A stretch of DNA of 64,000 bases from an uncultured Verrucomicrobiae bacterium (GTDB lineage Bacteria > Verrucomicrobiota > Verrucomicrobiia > Limisphaerales > UBA11358): contig CAVYLE010000010.1 in NCBI GenBank assembly GCA_963769285.1, forward strand, positions 426,069 through 490,068, written 5' to 3'. The notes under the pieces are model-generated. The model did not search any database. It was not told the DNA's origin and saw nothing but the letters and a program-made list of their open reading frames with translations. The position numbers and the translations under genes are program-made. Of this stretch, positions 40,413-50,376 are shown piece after piece; the first letter of the stretch is position 1, and every line of letters begins with the position of its first letter.

Positions 40413-41501
40413 ATGAAAAACTCTTTATGGTTGCGGGCTTCGACCCTGCTGACCGGCGTCGCTCTTGCGGTCGCCGCACGCACGGCGGAGGCGAAATTGA
40501 CGGTCGGCGATCCGGCGCCAGAACTCCAGTCCGGCAAATGGGTGCAGGGTGAGCCGGTGGAGGCATTCGCCACAAACCGGGTCTATATCGTGGAATTCTG
40601 GGCCACCTGGTGCGTCCCCTGCCGGGTTTCCATGCCGCATCTCAACGAATTATCGCTGAAATTCAAAGACCAGGGGCTCGTGGTCATCGGACAAGACGTA
40701 TGGGAGGAAAATGAGGATGGTGTGGCGCCGTTCGTGAAAAAAATGGGCGACCAGATGACCTATCGCGTCGCGCTGGACAACAAAAGCCGGGAAACCAGCG
40801 GCGCGATGGCGGTCACCTGGATGAAAGCCGCGGAACGGAACAGTATTCCCACCGCGTTCATCATCAATCACCAGGGCCGCATTGCCTGGATCGGCCATCC
40901 CATGGAAATCAGTGAAAAACTGCTGAACGACATCCTGGCGGACAATTACGACCCGGCCAAAGCCGCCGCGGAATATGAACAACAGCAACAAGGCCCGCAA
41001 AAATTCAATGCCCTGCTCAATCAATTCGCCACGAATCTCAAGGACAAGAACTGGGGCGACGCCGAAGCAACGGTGGCGGAAATCGAGAAGTTGTTGCCTG
41101 ATGACCAGCGCGACAGGATTGGTCTGATGCGTCTGGAAATTCTTCTGGGCCGGAAGGATTACGCCGGTTTCTATAAGCTGACCAGATCTCTCAGCGACGC
41201 GCACCCGGATGACGCGGCTCTGCAAATCATCATCGCCTGGAAGATTGCCACGGAACCGGATTTGCCGCAACGCGACCTCGCGCTCGCCACCAAGTGCGCC
41301 GAACGCGCCAACCAGTCCACCCAGGGAAAAGAGATTGGAATCCTCGATGCGCTGGCCCGCATCCAATTCATGAGCGGAAAAACCAACGAAGCCGTGGCCA
41401 CCGAACAGAAGGCCGTCAACCTGGTTGAAGGCCCCGGCAAAGAACAGCTCGAGCAACATTTGACGAGTTACCAGCAGGGCAAATTGCCGGAGATAAAGTA
41501 G
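40413..41501 (+). CDS. TlpA/redoxin-family thiol-disulfide protein with a C-terminal TPR-like region
   Basis: VEFWATWCVPC, IPTAFII and LDALARIQF. Confidence 0.88.
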   Translation: MKNSLWLRASTLLTGVALAVAARTAEAKLTVGDPAPELQSGKWVQGEPVEAFATNRVYIVEFWATWCVPCRVSMPHLNELSLKFKDQGLVVIGQDVWEENEDGVAPFVKKMGDQMTYRVALDNKSRETSGAMAVTWMKAAERNSIPTAFIINHQGRIAWIGHPMEISEKLLNDILADNYDPAKAAAEYEQQQQGPQKFNALLNQFATNLKDKNWGDAEATVAEIEKLLPDDQRDRIGLMRLEILLGRKDYAGFYKLTRSLSDAHPDDAALQIIIAWKIATEPDLPQRDLALATKCAERANQSTQGKEIGILDALARIQFMSGKTNEAVATEQKAVNLVEGPGKEQLEQHLTSYQQGKLPEIK

Positions 41502-41725
41502 TAATTGCTTTTTCTTAAACCTCTGCTCCCGGTCCCGCGCTGACCCGGCTGCGCCTTTTTTCTCCAGGCCATGGCATTTTTCGGTGGGGCGAGCGTCCCC
41601 GCGAGCCGGCCTTGGCGCGGCGAAGCGAAACGGAAACGGCTCGCCGGGAGTCTCGCCCCACCGAGCAGGACCACTTGCCTGTTTCTGCTTCTCAATCGCA
41701 ACCGGCTCCGGCAACCTGCACGCCA

Positions 41726-42958
41726 ATGCGCATCCTGATTGCCACCGTCACCGCCGGAGGCGGGCACATTGCCGCCGCCGCCGCCCTGGAGGAAGCCTGG
41801 CGCGCCTTGCGCCCGGACGACGACGTCGAACGGCTCGACCTCATCAAGTTTTTCTCCCCGCTCCACAAAAAAATCCACGCGGACGGCTACGTGCAACTGG
41901 TCGAGCACGCCCCGGAACTTTGGGGCATGCTGTTCGGCAAAACCGACAGTCCCAAGGTCGCCCGCCGGTTGGGCAAATTGCGCCGCGTGTTTCCGAGCAA
42001 CTCGCGCAAGAAGTTCGCCCGCCACCTGAAACAGTTCAAACCCGACGCCGTGCTCTGCACCCATTATCTCCCGCTCGAAACGCTCGGCTTGCTCCGGGCA
42101 AAAGGAGCGCGGCTGTGGCGAAGCCCAGCCGCAGAAGGTCCGAGTGGTACAGTGTCTGGGAAAATTCCAACTTTTTCTCGTAGCATGGCTGCTGCGGCTG
42201 CCCCGATGAATCGGGGACAGCCGGACAAACCACATCCCTTCGTCGTCAGCATCGTGACCGATTTCGAAGCGCACGCATTGTGGATGGACGCGTGCGTGGA
42301 TTTGTATTGCGTCGCCGCCGAGGAAACGAAGGCGCGGCTGGTCGCGCGCGGCGCCACGGCGGCAAATGCCGTCGCCACGGGCATTCCCATCGCTGCGAAA
42401 TTTTCATCGAAGCCCGATCCGCGGGCGGTCCGCAAACAATACGGTCTGCGCGATGATCAGCCGGTGCTGCTCGTGCTCGGCGGCGGCTTCGGCATGGGGC
42501 CGGTCGCGGAAATCCTCGCCGAACTCGATAAGGTGCCGGGCCAGTTCCAAACGGTGGCTGTCACCGGCCGCAACGAGCAATTGCGACGCAAGCTCGCCAC
42601 CCAAACCCGCAAGCATCCGACGCACGTGCTGGGTTATTCGACCAACATGCACGAGCTGATGGCCGTCGCCGACCTCATCATCACCAAGCCCGGCGGGCTG
42701 ACCACCTCCGAGGCCTTGGCGCTGGGCAAACCACTGTTCATTCTGAACCCGATACCCGGACAGGAAGCGGCCAACAGCGATTTCCTACTCGAACGCGGCG
42801 CGGCGGCCAAGGTCAATCGCGTCGAGGATCTGCCGTTCCGCATCGAAAAACTGCTCGGCTCGAAGAAACTGGCTGAAATGGCCAAAGCGGCAAAGTTATT
42901 GGGCCGCCCGCAAGCGGCCACCGCCGTCTGCCAGGAAGTTTTGAAACGGCTCCTGTGA
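41726..42958 (+). CDS. MGDG synthase/UgtP-like glycosyltransferase (GT28)
   Basis: TAGGGH, IVTDF..H..W, KPGGLTTSE and PIPGQE. Confidence 0.9.
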   Translation: MRILIATVTAGGGHIAAAAALEEAWRALRPDDDVERLDLIKFFSPLHKKIHADGYVQLVEHAPELWGMLFGKTDSPKVARRLGKLRRVFPSNSRKKFARHLKQFKPDAVLCTHYLPLETLGLLRAKGARLWRSPAAEGPSGTVSGKIPTFSRSMAAAAAPMNRGQPDKPHPFVVSIVTDFEAHALWMDACVDLYCVAAEETKARLVARGATAANAVATGIPIAAKFSSKPDPRAVRKQYGLRDDQPVLLVLGGGFGMGPVAEILAELDKVPGQFQTVAVTGRNEQLRRKLATQTRKHPTHVLGYSTNMHELMAVADLIITKPGGLTTSEALALGKPLFILNPIPGQEAANSDFLLERGAAAKVNRVEDLPFRIEKLLGSKKLAEMAKAAKLLGRPQAATAVCQEVLKRLL

Positions 42959-43244
42959 TGATCGCCGGGATCGCAAAGTCGTCGGTCGATAATTCCCCCT
43001 CTCCGCTCCATCGGATGGAGGGGAGAGGGCCGGGGTGAGGTGAGGTTTGCCCTGATCGTCTGTTGCAACTTTCCATTATTCACGGCCTGACCCCTTCACG
43101 TGGGGCGCTTGGGGCGGCACAAGCATAAAGTTTTCGCTTCTTTTGGGGCTCTTTGTGGAGGAACCCGACGTGCCGGCAGGAAGCTTGACGCGATTCTCTA
43201 AAGAGGTCATCTTATTAAGGGCTTATCACAAACTGAGTAAAAAC

Positions 43245-43607
43245 ATGCCCAACGACGCGAAAATTACGACACAGCAACCTGAAATTGCGATGAGCGAAAT
43301 ACCTGTTTATTACGTCAAAAGCAATTTTTACCGCGTTATACACGCCGATGGAGTGTACGGTGGAGGGACGCCAACGCCAGGGAACATAATGATGACTATT
43401 TTTAGCCATCGAATTGCATTTCCAGAGAAGATTGTAAACGATTCTTTTGGCAATGAAATCCCCGGGAAAAGAGTTGTGAAATCAGGATTTGAAAACGAGC
43501 TTGAAGTTTCTGTAGTTATGGATTTGGCAACAGCAAAAGTCATGTACCAGTGGCTTGATAACGTTATCAAGAACACTGAAGCCATATTGCGACAACCACA
43601 AAAATAA
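43245..43607 (+). CDS. Hypothetical protein, first gene of an AT-rich cassette
   Basis: YYVKSNFYRVIHADGVYGG; preceded by a TTGACG -35-like hexamer at about 43185. Confidence 0.7.
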   Translation: MPNDAKITTQQPEIAMSEIPVYYVKSNFYRVIHADGVYGGGTPTPGNIMMTIFSHRIAFPEKIVNDSFGNEIPGKRVVKSGFENELEVSVVMDLATAKVMYQWLDNVIKNTEAILRQPQK

Positions 43608-43613
43608 ACAGTT

Positions 43614-44009
43614 ATGACCCTTGTAAACGCAATTCAATCTGTCTCGCGTAACAGTGCGACTGCTGCGTGTATTTTTGCATTACAGAACACGACCACTTTC
43701 GCCGCAGCCTCATATTTAGCCAAACTACCAGTTCAAACGGCAACAGTCAGTGCGCCAGTTTTGTTCGATGGACAAACAGTTACGGTTGCCGCCGAACCAC
43801 AACTATGGTTGTTTGACAGGCATCTGACGGTTTCTGAAATGACAGCCCCACTATGGCTAATACAACGCATGGAAGCCTTGCGGCAGATGCTGCCGCCCAC
43901 CTTAGAAGAAGTGGACACACAATTAAAGGCGTCGGCGGAAATACGGATGAGATTGACCGACAGGCGGTTTGCCTCCTTGAATGGGCACGAAACAGGAACG
44001 TCATCTTAA
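43614..44009 (+). CDS. Hypothetical protein overlapping the kinase gene
   Basis: ATG 6 nt after the previous stop; the last 157 nt overlap the next ORF. Confidence 0.55.
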   Translation: MTLVNAIQSVSRNSATAACIFALQNTTTFAAASYLAKLPVQTATVSAPVLFDGQTVTVAAEPQLWLFDRHLTVSEMTAPLWLIQRMEALRQMLPPTLEEVDTQLKASAEIRMRLTDRRFASLNGHETGTSS

Positions 44010-44521
44010 CCGCCGTTCACACGGCGGGACTAAAAAAACATAACAGCACAACAGCGGAACACGAGGTCTTCTATCGTGCTTCCGACAATCGTGTCGTTAA
44101 ACTCACTTACCCTGGAACATTTGGAGTTACACCTGACCCCAAAGGGCTACAGCAGGCAGCTACGCCTTTATTTTATTTACTCCGGCTCGAACTGATGAAT
44201 CGTGTGTTCGATTCAGATTTTAAGCTGGAGGGCATTGCCCTAGGGAAATCACTCCTGATTGGGGTAAAAGGGGAACAACCGAGAATGGTAGTTTCACAAC
44301 CGTGGATTCGTGCAGAGAACCCAACCTTTCCTCATCCGTCCACAACAGAGCTTTCGCAGTTCATGGAGTCATTAGGCTTTGTTTCATTAAAAGGTTCTTA
44401 CTATGGATGGCACCACAAAGAAAATAATATCACAATACTTGACGCTCGCCCTGATAATTTCATCAAATCCCACCAAGGTGTTGTTCCGATTGATTTGGTA
44501 ATCAGCAAAAACGACCATTAA
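43853..44521 (+). CDS. Kinase-PolyVal-like Ser/Thr/Tyr kinase domain protein
   Basis: EHEVF...RVVKLTYPG, TPLFYLLRL, VVSQPWI, DARPDNF and PIDLVI (catalytic DxxxxN, then D). Confidence 0.7.
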   Translation: MANTTHGSLAADAAAHLRRSGHTIKGVGGNTDEIDRQAVCLLEWARNRNVILTAVHTAGLKKHNSTTAEHEVFYRASDNRVVKLTYPGTFGVTPDPKGLQQAATPLFYLLRLELMNRVFDSDFKLEGIALGKSLLIGVKGEQPRMVVSQPWIRAENPTFPHPSTTELSQFMESLGFVSLKGSYYGWHHKENNITILDARPDNFIKSHQGVVPIDLVISKNDH

Positions 44522-44572
44522 CAGCGGAATTTACCTGACAAAAAAGGGTAATAATATACTAAAAGGGGTCTA

Positions 44573-45607
44573 AAAGGGGTCGAACCATAACTTTTCACTT
44601 TTTCTCTTGACCATGCGCCGACGTCCGGGCACAGTGACCGCTGATGCCGCGCAAACTTAGAATCGAGTATCCTGGGGCCATCTACCACGTCATGAGCCGT
44701 GCCGACGGCAAAGGCGACATCTTTCTGGATGACGTGGACCGCCAGGACTTTCTCAAAACGCTTGCCGAAGCGTGCGTGAAGACCGGTTTCCAGGTGCATG
44801 CCCACTGCTTGATGCGGAACCATTTCCATCTGGTGGTGGAAACGCCCAATGCCAATCTGGTGGCGGGGATGCGCTGGCTTTTGAGCACTTACACCATCCG
44901 GCTCAATCACCGGCACAAGCTCTTTGGCCATGTCTTTAGTGGCCGCTACAAGGCTTTGGTGGTGGATGGAAGCGGCAACGGGTATTTGCGGACGGTGTGT
45001 GATTATGTGCATTTGAATCCGGTGCGGGCCAAGCTGTTGGGTCCGGAGCAGCGGCTGCTGGAATACCCTTGGAGCAGCTTCGGCTTGTATCTGGCGGGGC
45101 GGGCACACCGGCCGCAATGGCTTCGGGTGGACCGGTTGCTGGGGGAGCACGGGATAGAGGAGGACACGGCGGCGGGACGGCGGCTCTTTGAGCAGCAGAT
45201 GGAAGCGCGTCGGGCCGAGGGAGACGACCCAGCGGAGTGGAAACCGATTCGCCGGGGGTGGTGCTTTGGGCCGGCCGCGTTTAAGGCCAAACTTCTGGAG
45301 CAGATCGAAGGCAAGTTGGGCGAGCACCATTCCGGGGAGATGCGCCGGGAGAGTGCCCAAGCCAAAGGCGAGCGGATCATCGGGGAAGAATTGAAGCGGC
45401 TGAGGTGGAGCGAGCAGGATCTACAACAGCGGCTCAAGAGCGACGCGGCGAAACTGAATCTGGCGGCGCGGTTGCGGCGGGAAACGACGCTAACCATCCG
45501 GCAGATAGCCGAGCGCCTGCACTTGGGCAGTTGGAAGAGCTTAAACAACAAGCTGTATCTGCGCAGCAAAAGCAAACATAAGTGTAAAGTTATGGTTTGA
45601 CCCCTTT
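44573..45607 (+). mobile_element. Y1/RAYT-like transposase element bounded by 28-bp terminal inverted repeats
   Basis: Left end AAAGGGGTCGAACCATAACTTTTCACTT (44573-44600); right end 45580-45607 reverse-complements to AAAGGGGTCAAACCATAACTTTACACTT (26/28 match). Confidence 0.85.
44644..45600 (+). CDS. Y1_Tnp (REP-associated tyrosine transposase-like) with C-terminal HTH
   Basis: MPRKLRIEYPGAIYHV, LMRNHFHL (HUH), YVHLNPVRA and YPWSS. Confidence 0.9.
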   Translation: MPRKLRIEYPGAIYHVMSRADGKGDIFLDDVDRQDFLKTLAEACVKTGFQVHAHCLMRNHFHLVVETPNANLVAGMRWLLSTYTIRLNHRHKLFGHVFSGRYKALVVDGSGNGYLRTVCDYVHLNPVRAKLLGPEQRLLEYPWSSFGLYLAGRAHRPQWLRVDRLLGEHGIEEDTAAGRRLFEQQMEARRAEGDDPAEWKPIRRGWCFGPAAFKAKLLEQIEGKLGEHHSGEMRRESAQAKGERIIGEELKRLRWSEQDLQQRLKSDAAKLNLAARLRRETTLTIRQIAERLHLGSWKSLNNKLYLRSKSKHKCKVMV

Positions 45608-45688
45608 ACGCCGCGAAGGCGCGAGCCGGCGCTTTGGTGTGTCAAAAGAAAAACGGCACAGTGGCAGCCGTCACCTCAAAAGAACGAT

Positions 45689-45934
45689 GAACGGATCATC
45701 CAGGCCAGACTTGCCAAAGCCGGCTGGCGGGAAGAGGATTTGGCCCGACGGCGCAAGAGTGATCCACTGAAACTGCGCTGGGCAGCGCAGTTGCGCCGGG
45801 AGACGCCTATGACGCTGAAGTACATTACGGCGCGGTTGAAAATGGGGACATGGAAACACCTGAACCGGCAGCTGCATGAAGACGCCAAACCAAGAAAAAG
45901 GTAAAAGTGCCAAAGTTAGGAACCGACCCCTTTT
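45689..45934 (+). pseudogene. 3' remnant of a second, divergent Y1 transposase with its own end repeat
   Basis: Translates ERIIQARLAKAGWREEDLARRRKSDPLKLRWAAQLRRETPMTLKYITARLKMGTWKHLN (stop 45902-45904), paralogous to the intact C-terminus; followed by AAGTGCCAAAGTTAGGAACCGACCCCTTTT. Confidence 0.8.
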
Positions 45935-46023
45935 CGTCAACCCCTTTTTCGTATATCGTAAATCGAAAATAATGAGCCTCGTTACCTCGGCTGCTACGAG
46001 AGAAAACGTTTTTAAACGGGGTG

Positions 46024-46797
<774 letters not shown>

Positions 46798-46809
46798 GCC
46801 TTTGCCAGG

Positions 46810-46891
46810 ATAGACACCGGCAACGCCCAATTTGTATGGAAACGTGCCGGATTCACTTTCATATAGACACCGCCGGCAACGAATCGTTTCG
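46810..46891 (-). promoter_or_regulatory. Two tandem ECF-type promoter-like motifs upstream of the prepilin gene
   Basis: On the minus strand, GAAAC-N16-TGTCTA and CATAC-N17-TGTCTA, sharing a GTTGCCGG...TGTCTAT direct repeat. Confidence 0.4.
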
Positions 46892-47251
46892 CGGTTTTGG
46901 CTGCGAAATTCGCCGTCAGGCCCAATGGCCTTGTTCCTGCCCCATCCTTCACTCAATTCCTGGTTACCGAACAGCTCAAGGAACGACATTTTTCGCCGTG
47001 ATGTCATGGTCTTACCTTTTACTTAGGTTTTTGGGCGGATTGGTTACAGTAAATGTGACATTTGAGCGGATTCGGCAATGGTGGTTGGTCATCTACTCAA
47101 GATGTGTCCGCTGAACGCGAAAAGGTGACAATTTATTTTTTAATTCCTTCAACCCACTTCTTTCAAAAGGCCGGTGGAAGAGGATTGCCACCCGGCGAGA
47201 AACCATGATGTCCATTCCCGAGACACGCCGGGGAACGAAATTTGTCCGGGG

Positions 47252-48736
47252 TTAATTTGTCTTTTCCATCACCAGCATCTCGATGGGTTCGCGGCCGGGC
47301 GCCAGTTGGAGGCCGAGTTGATTGAGCAGGGCCTGCTTCAAGGCGTTGTGGTTGGGATCTTGCTCGCCCCGTTCATTCCAGGTGAGTTCAAAACTATATT
47401 GGTCGGTGAGACCGGTTTGATCCTTGACCGGCAGGTTGAACATCTGTTCCAAAACGGCGGCGACGGTGGAAAGCGGTTGATTTTCACACTTGATGCTCCC
47501 ATGGCCGCCATCGGTGGTGGCCGAGAGGTTGCCCGGCTGGCCCGTTGAGGGCTTGAGTTGCGGAGCGTTTGGATTTCTGACTTTGAGCAGCAAAACGTCC
47601 AGGTCCTTCATTTCCCGCCGGCCGACCAGGCCGAATTTACTTTTTAGTTCTTGCTGCAAGGCTTCCGAAGCTCCGTGCGGCAGCGTCGCGATAAAGTCAT
47701 ACCGGCCCGGCGGTTGCACGGTGGCAAAGCGTATCTTTTTGGAAGGCCAAGGCAGCCCCTCGCCGCGATAGGCAAACCCGGCGATGTCAGCGACCGACAC
47801 ATTGATCCCGACGAATTTATCAAAGGCCGCGTTTGCCCTGACCAGTTCGGAACCGGAAGGAAATTTCGTGGGCAGAATCCTGACCTGCGGCGCTGCGTTA
47901 TCCACCATTTCAGAACTGATATTTTGTACCCGCCATGATTCGTGGGCTTTGATGTGGTTGACGGTCACGACGGTGGTTCCGGCGGCGAGCAGGATGCCCA
48001 CGGTGGTGACGACGGTGGTTTTTGCCTTTGTCCAGGCCATAATTTTCAATGCTCCTTTGATGAGGGTTAAAGTTGAACCGCTGGCTGCCGCGCCTTTGGC
48101 CATCGCCACGGCAGTCACAGATTTTGCCAGCGCCACGGGCGCGGCCTGAACGGAGTTTGCCGTGATCGCCGTGGTCACGACCGCCGCCGGCAGGGCCACG
48201 CCGCGTTTGAAAAAAAAGTGGCGCAGTTTTTCCAGCGCGCGGTCCACGCGCTTGTGCGCCGCCGCTTCACTCAGCCTCAGCGCCGCCGCCACTTGCCGCG
48301 CGGTTTTGTTTTCAAAGAACCGCAGCACCACGGCATTGCGGTCGGTTTCGCCCAGACAGCCCATGGCTTCATCCAGCAACGGCGCGATTTGTTCCCAGGC
48401 CGCCGGGTCCGATTCGGTCAAAGTGGATTGCATAAAAGCCTCCTGCTCGCGTTTTTGCCGGCGGATTTCGCCTTTCACAAAGTTGGCCGCCGTCAGCCGC
48501 GCGGTTTGATACAGCCAGCCGGACAACACCGTGCCGCGCCGCAGACCGCCGGCCTTGCGCGCCAGAATGACGAAGACCGCCTGCGTAATTTCCTCGGCGT
48601 GGTGGGGATTGCCGGTAAAACGCCAGGCGGCGGAATGGACGAGGTTCACATACCGCGCGACGAGCGTGGCAAACGCCGCCTCGGATTCCGTGCGGGCGTA
48701 TTCCGCGAGCAATTCATGGTCATCCAGTTCGGTCAT
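47252..48736 (-). CDS. ECF sigma factor-TM-TIGR03435/DUF3738-type sensor fusion (A)
   Basis: Sigma r2 (AEEITQAVF..GWL), r4 (KRVDRALEKLR), [16 protein letters not shown] linker, TM segment and DQTGL...LGLQL. Confidence 0.9.
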   Translation of the reverse strand: MTELDDHELLAEYARTESEAAFATLVARYVNLVHSAAWRFTGNPHHAEEITQAVFVILARKAGGLRRGTVLSGWLYQTARLTAANFVKGEIRRQKREQEAFMQSTLTESDPAAWEQIAPLLDEAMGCLGETDRNAVVLRFFENKTARQVAAALRLSEAAAHKRVDRALEKLRHFFFKRGVALPAAVVTTAITANSVQAAPVALAKSVTAVAMAKGAAASGSTLTLIKGALKIMAWTKAKTTVVTTVGILLAAGTTVVTVNHIKAHESWRVQNISSEMVDNAAPQVRILPTKFPSGSELVRANAAFDKFVGINVSVADIAGFAYRGEGLPWPSKKIRFATVQPPGRYDFIATLPHGASEALQQELKSKFGLVGRREMKDLDVLLLKVRNPNAPQLKPSTGQPGNLSATTDGGHGSIKCENQPLSTVAAVLEQMFNLPVKDQTGLTDQYSFELTWNERGEQDPNHNALKQALLNQLGLQLAPGREPIEMLVMEKTN

Positions 48737-48775
48737 CTGCCGATAAGATGTCCACGAACCGCGAAACTGGACAAA

Positions 48776-50248
48776 CTATTTCACTTTTTCCACCACCAGC
48801 ATCTCGATGGACTCGCGGCCGGGCACCAGTTCGAGGCCGAGTTGGTCCAGCAGGGCCTGTTTTAAGGCGTCATGGTTGGGATCTTGTCCCCACCGTTCAT
48901 TCCATTTCAGGTCAATATGATAATTTTGCGTGAGACCCGTTTGGTCAATGACTGGCATCTCGAAGTACTCTTCTAAAAAGCGTGCGATGCCGGGATACCA
49001 ACCATGCTCGCTGGAAATAGGCGAATTGTCACAAAAGTAATGACCACGGCTGCACCCGTCGTTGTGTCCGAAGAAGGCGGTGGCCTTGAGCCCGGGCGCA
49101 TTTGATCTTCGAACTTTAAGCACCAAAGCGTCCATGTCCCTCATCTCCTTGTGTCCGACGAAGCCCAGTTTCTTTTTAAGTTCTGCTTGCAGAGCGATAC
49201 CGGAACCTTGCGGTAGAGTCGAAATAAAATCATATCGCTCCTTGGGTTGAGTGCCTGCAAAGAGAATTCGTCCCGGGCGCCAGCCATAGGCGACTCGGGC
49301 TATATCCCTCACCCGCCGTCCGATCCCTATCCAATTATCACCCCGGTTGCCTACATTCATATCGTCTACGGAACTGTATTTTGTGGGGAGAATCTCGACC
49401 AGCAACGGCGCGCGATCCGGTTGTGGATTGGGAACCCGCCAGGATGCCTCCGCCTTGCGCGCGGCGATTTCGCTAATGGTCACGGTGACGGTTCCGGTGG
49501 CGAGCAACGCGCTCGCGCCCACCACAATTGCCGTTTTCATTTTTGTCCAGGCCATAATTTTCAATGCTCCTTTGATGAGGGTTAAGGTTGAACCGCTGGC
49601 CGCCGCGCCTTTCGCCATCGCCACCGCGGCCACGGATTTGGCCAGCACCACGGGCGCGGCCTGGACGGAATTCGCGGAAATCGCCCCGGCGATGATGGCC
49701 GTCGTCGAAATCACGCCGCGTTTGGAAAAATAACGATGCAGCTTTTCCAGCGCGCGGCTCACGCGTTTTTTGGCAGCCTCCTCGCTCACGCCCACGGCGG
49801 CCCCTACTTCATTCAAACTGCGCCCTTCAAAAAATCGCAGTACCAGCGCGTCACGATCGGTTCGACCCAGCCGCGCCATCGCTTCATCCAGCAGCGGCGC
49901 CAGTTGTTCCCAACTGGAATCGGTTCGGGCCTCGATTGTGGATTGCATATAAGCCTCCTGTTCCCGCCGTTGACGGCGGAATTCCTGTTTCAGCATGGCC
50001 AGCGCGGCATAACGGGTGGTGCGATAAAGCCAGCCCGAAAGAATGGTCTTCGCCCCGAGCGAACCGGCTTTCCGGGCAAGAATGATGAAAACGGCCTGGG
50101 TCACTTCCTCCGCCAGATGCGGATCGCGGACCTGCCGCAACGCGGCGGAATAAACGAGATTGGTCTGACGCGAAACGAGCGTCTCAAACGCGCGCTCGGA
50201 CTGGTGCAAGGCATACTCCCGCACCAATTGCATGTCGTCGGCTGTCAT
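48776..50248 (-). CDS. ECF sigma factor-TM-TIGR03435-type fusion (B)
   Basis: Same architecture as A; C-terminus PVIDQTGL...[20 protein letters not shown]. Confidence 0.9.
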   Translation of the reverse strand: MTADDMQLVREYALHQSERAFETLVSRQTNLVYSAALRQVRDPHLAEEVTQAVFIILARKAGSLGAKTILSGWLYRTTRYAALAMLKQEFRRQRREQEAYMQSTIEARTDSSWEQLAPLLDEAMARLGRTDRDALVLRFFEGRSLNEVGAAVGVSEEAAKKRVSRALEKLHRYFSKRGVISTTAIIAGAISANSVQAAPVVLAKSVAAVAMAKGAAASGSTLTLIKGALKIMAWTKMKTAIVVGASALLATGTVTVTISEIAARKAEASWRVPNPQPDRAPLLVEILPTKYSSVDDMNVGNRGDNWIGIGRRVRDIARVAYGWRPGRILFAGTQPKERYDFISTLPQGSGIALQAELKKKLGFVGHKEMRDMDALVLKVRRSNAPGLKATAFFGHNDGCSRGHYFCDNSPISSEHGWYPGIARFLEEYFEMPVIDQTGLTQNYHIDLKWNERWGQDPNHDALKQALLDQLGLELVPGRESIEMLVVEKVK

Positions 50249-50376
50249 TCACCCTATTGATGCACGCCCAAGGCCAAAAAGGGGACAAAGAATTTTAAAT
50301 TTTTCCGCCAGCCGCATCACGACGTATTCGCAGCGGGGCGCCCGATTCGAGGGGTTGTGCCCTTGAATTCAGCGGA

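Noticed and set aside
41612-41725. Extended N-termini of ORF-track calls for the UgtP-like gene, plsC, aroA and the prepilin gene
   Set aside because: The extensions derive from repeats or promoter DNA; family-typical starts lie downstream.
47012-47092. 26-codon ORF (MTNHH...) as a sixth sigma gene
   Set aside because: Only the promoter motif and ATG spacing match and there is no sigma homology, so it is noted only as an orphan promoter.
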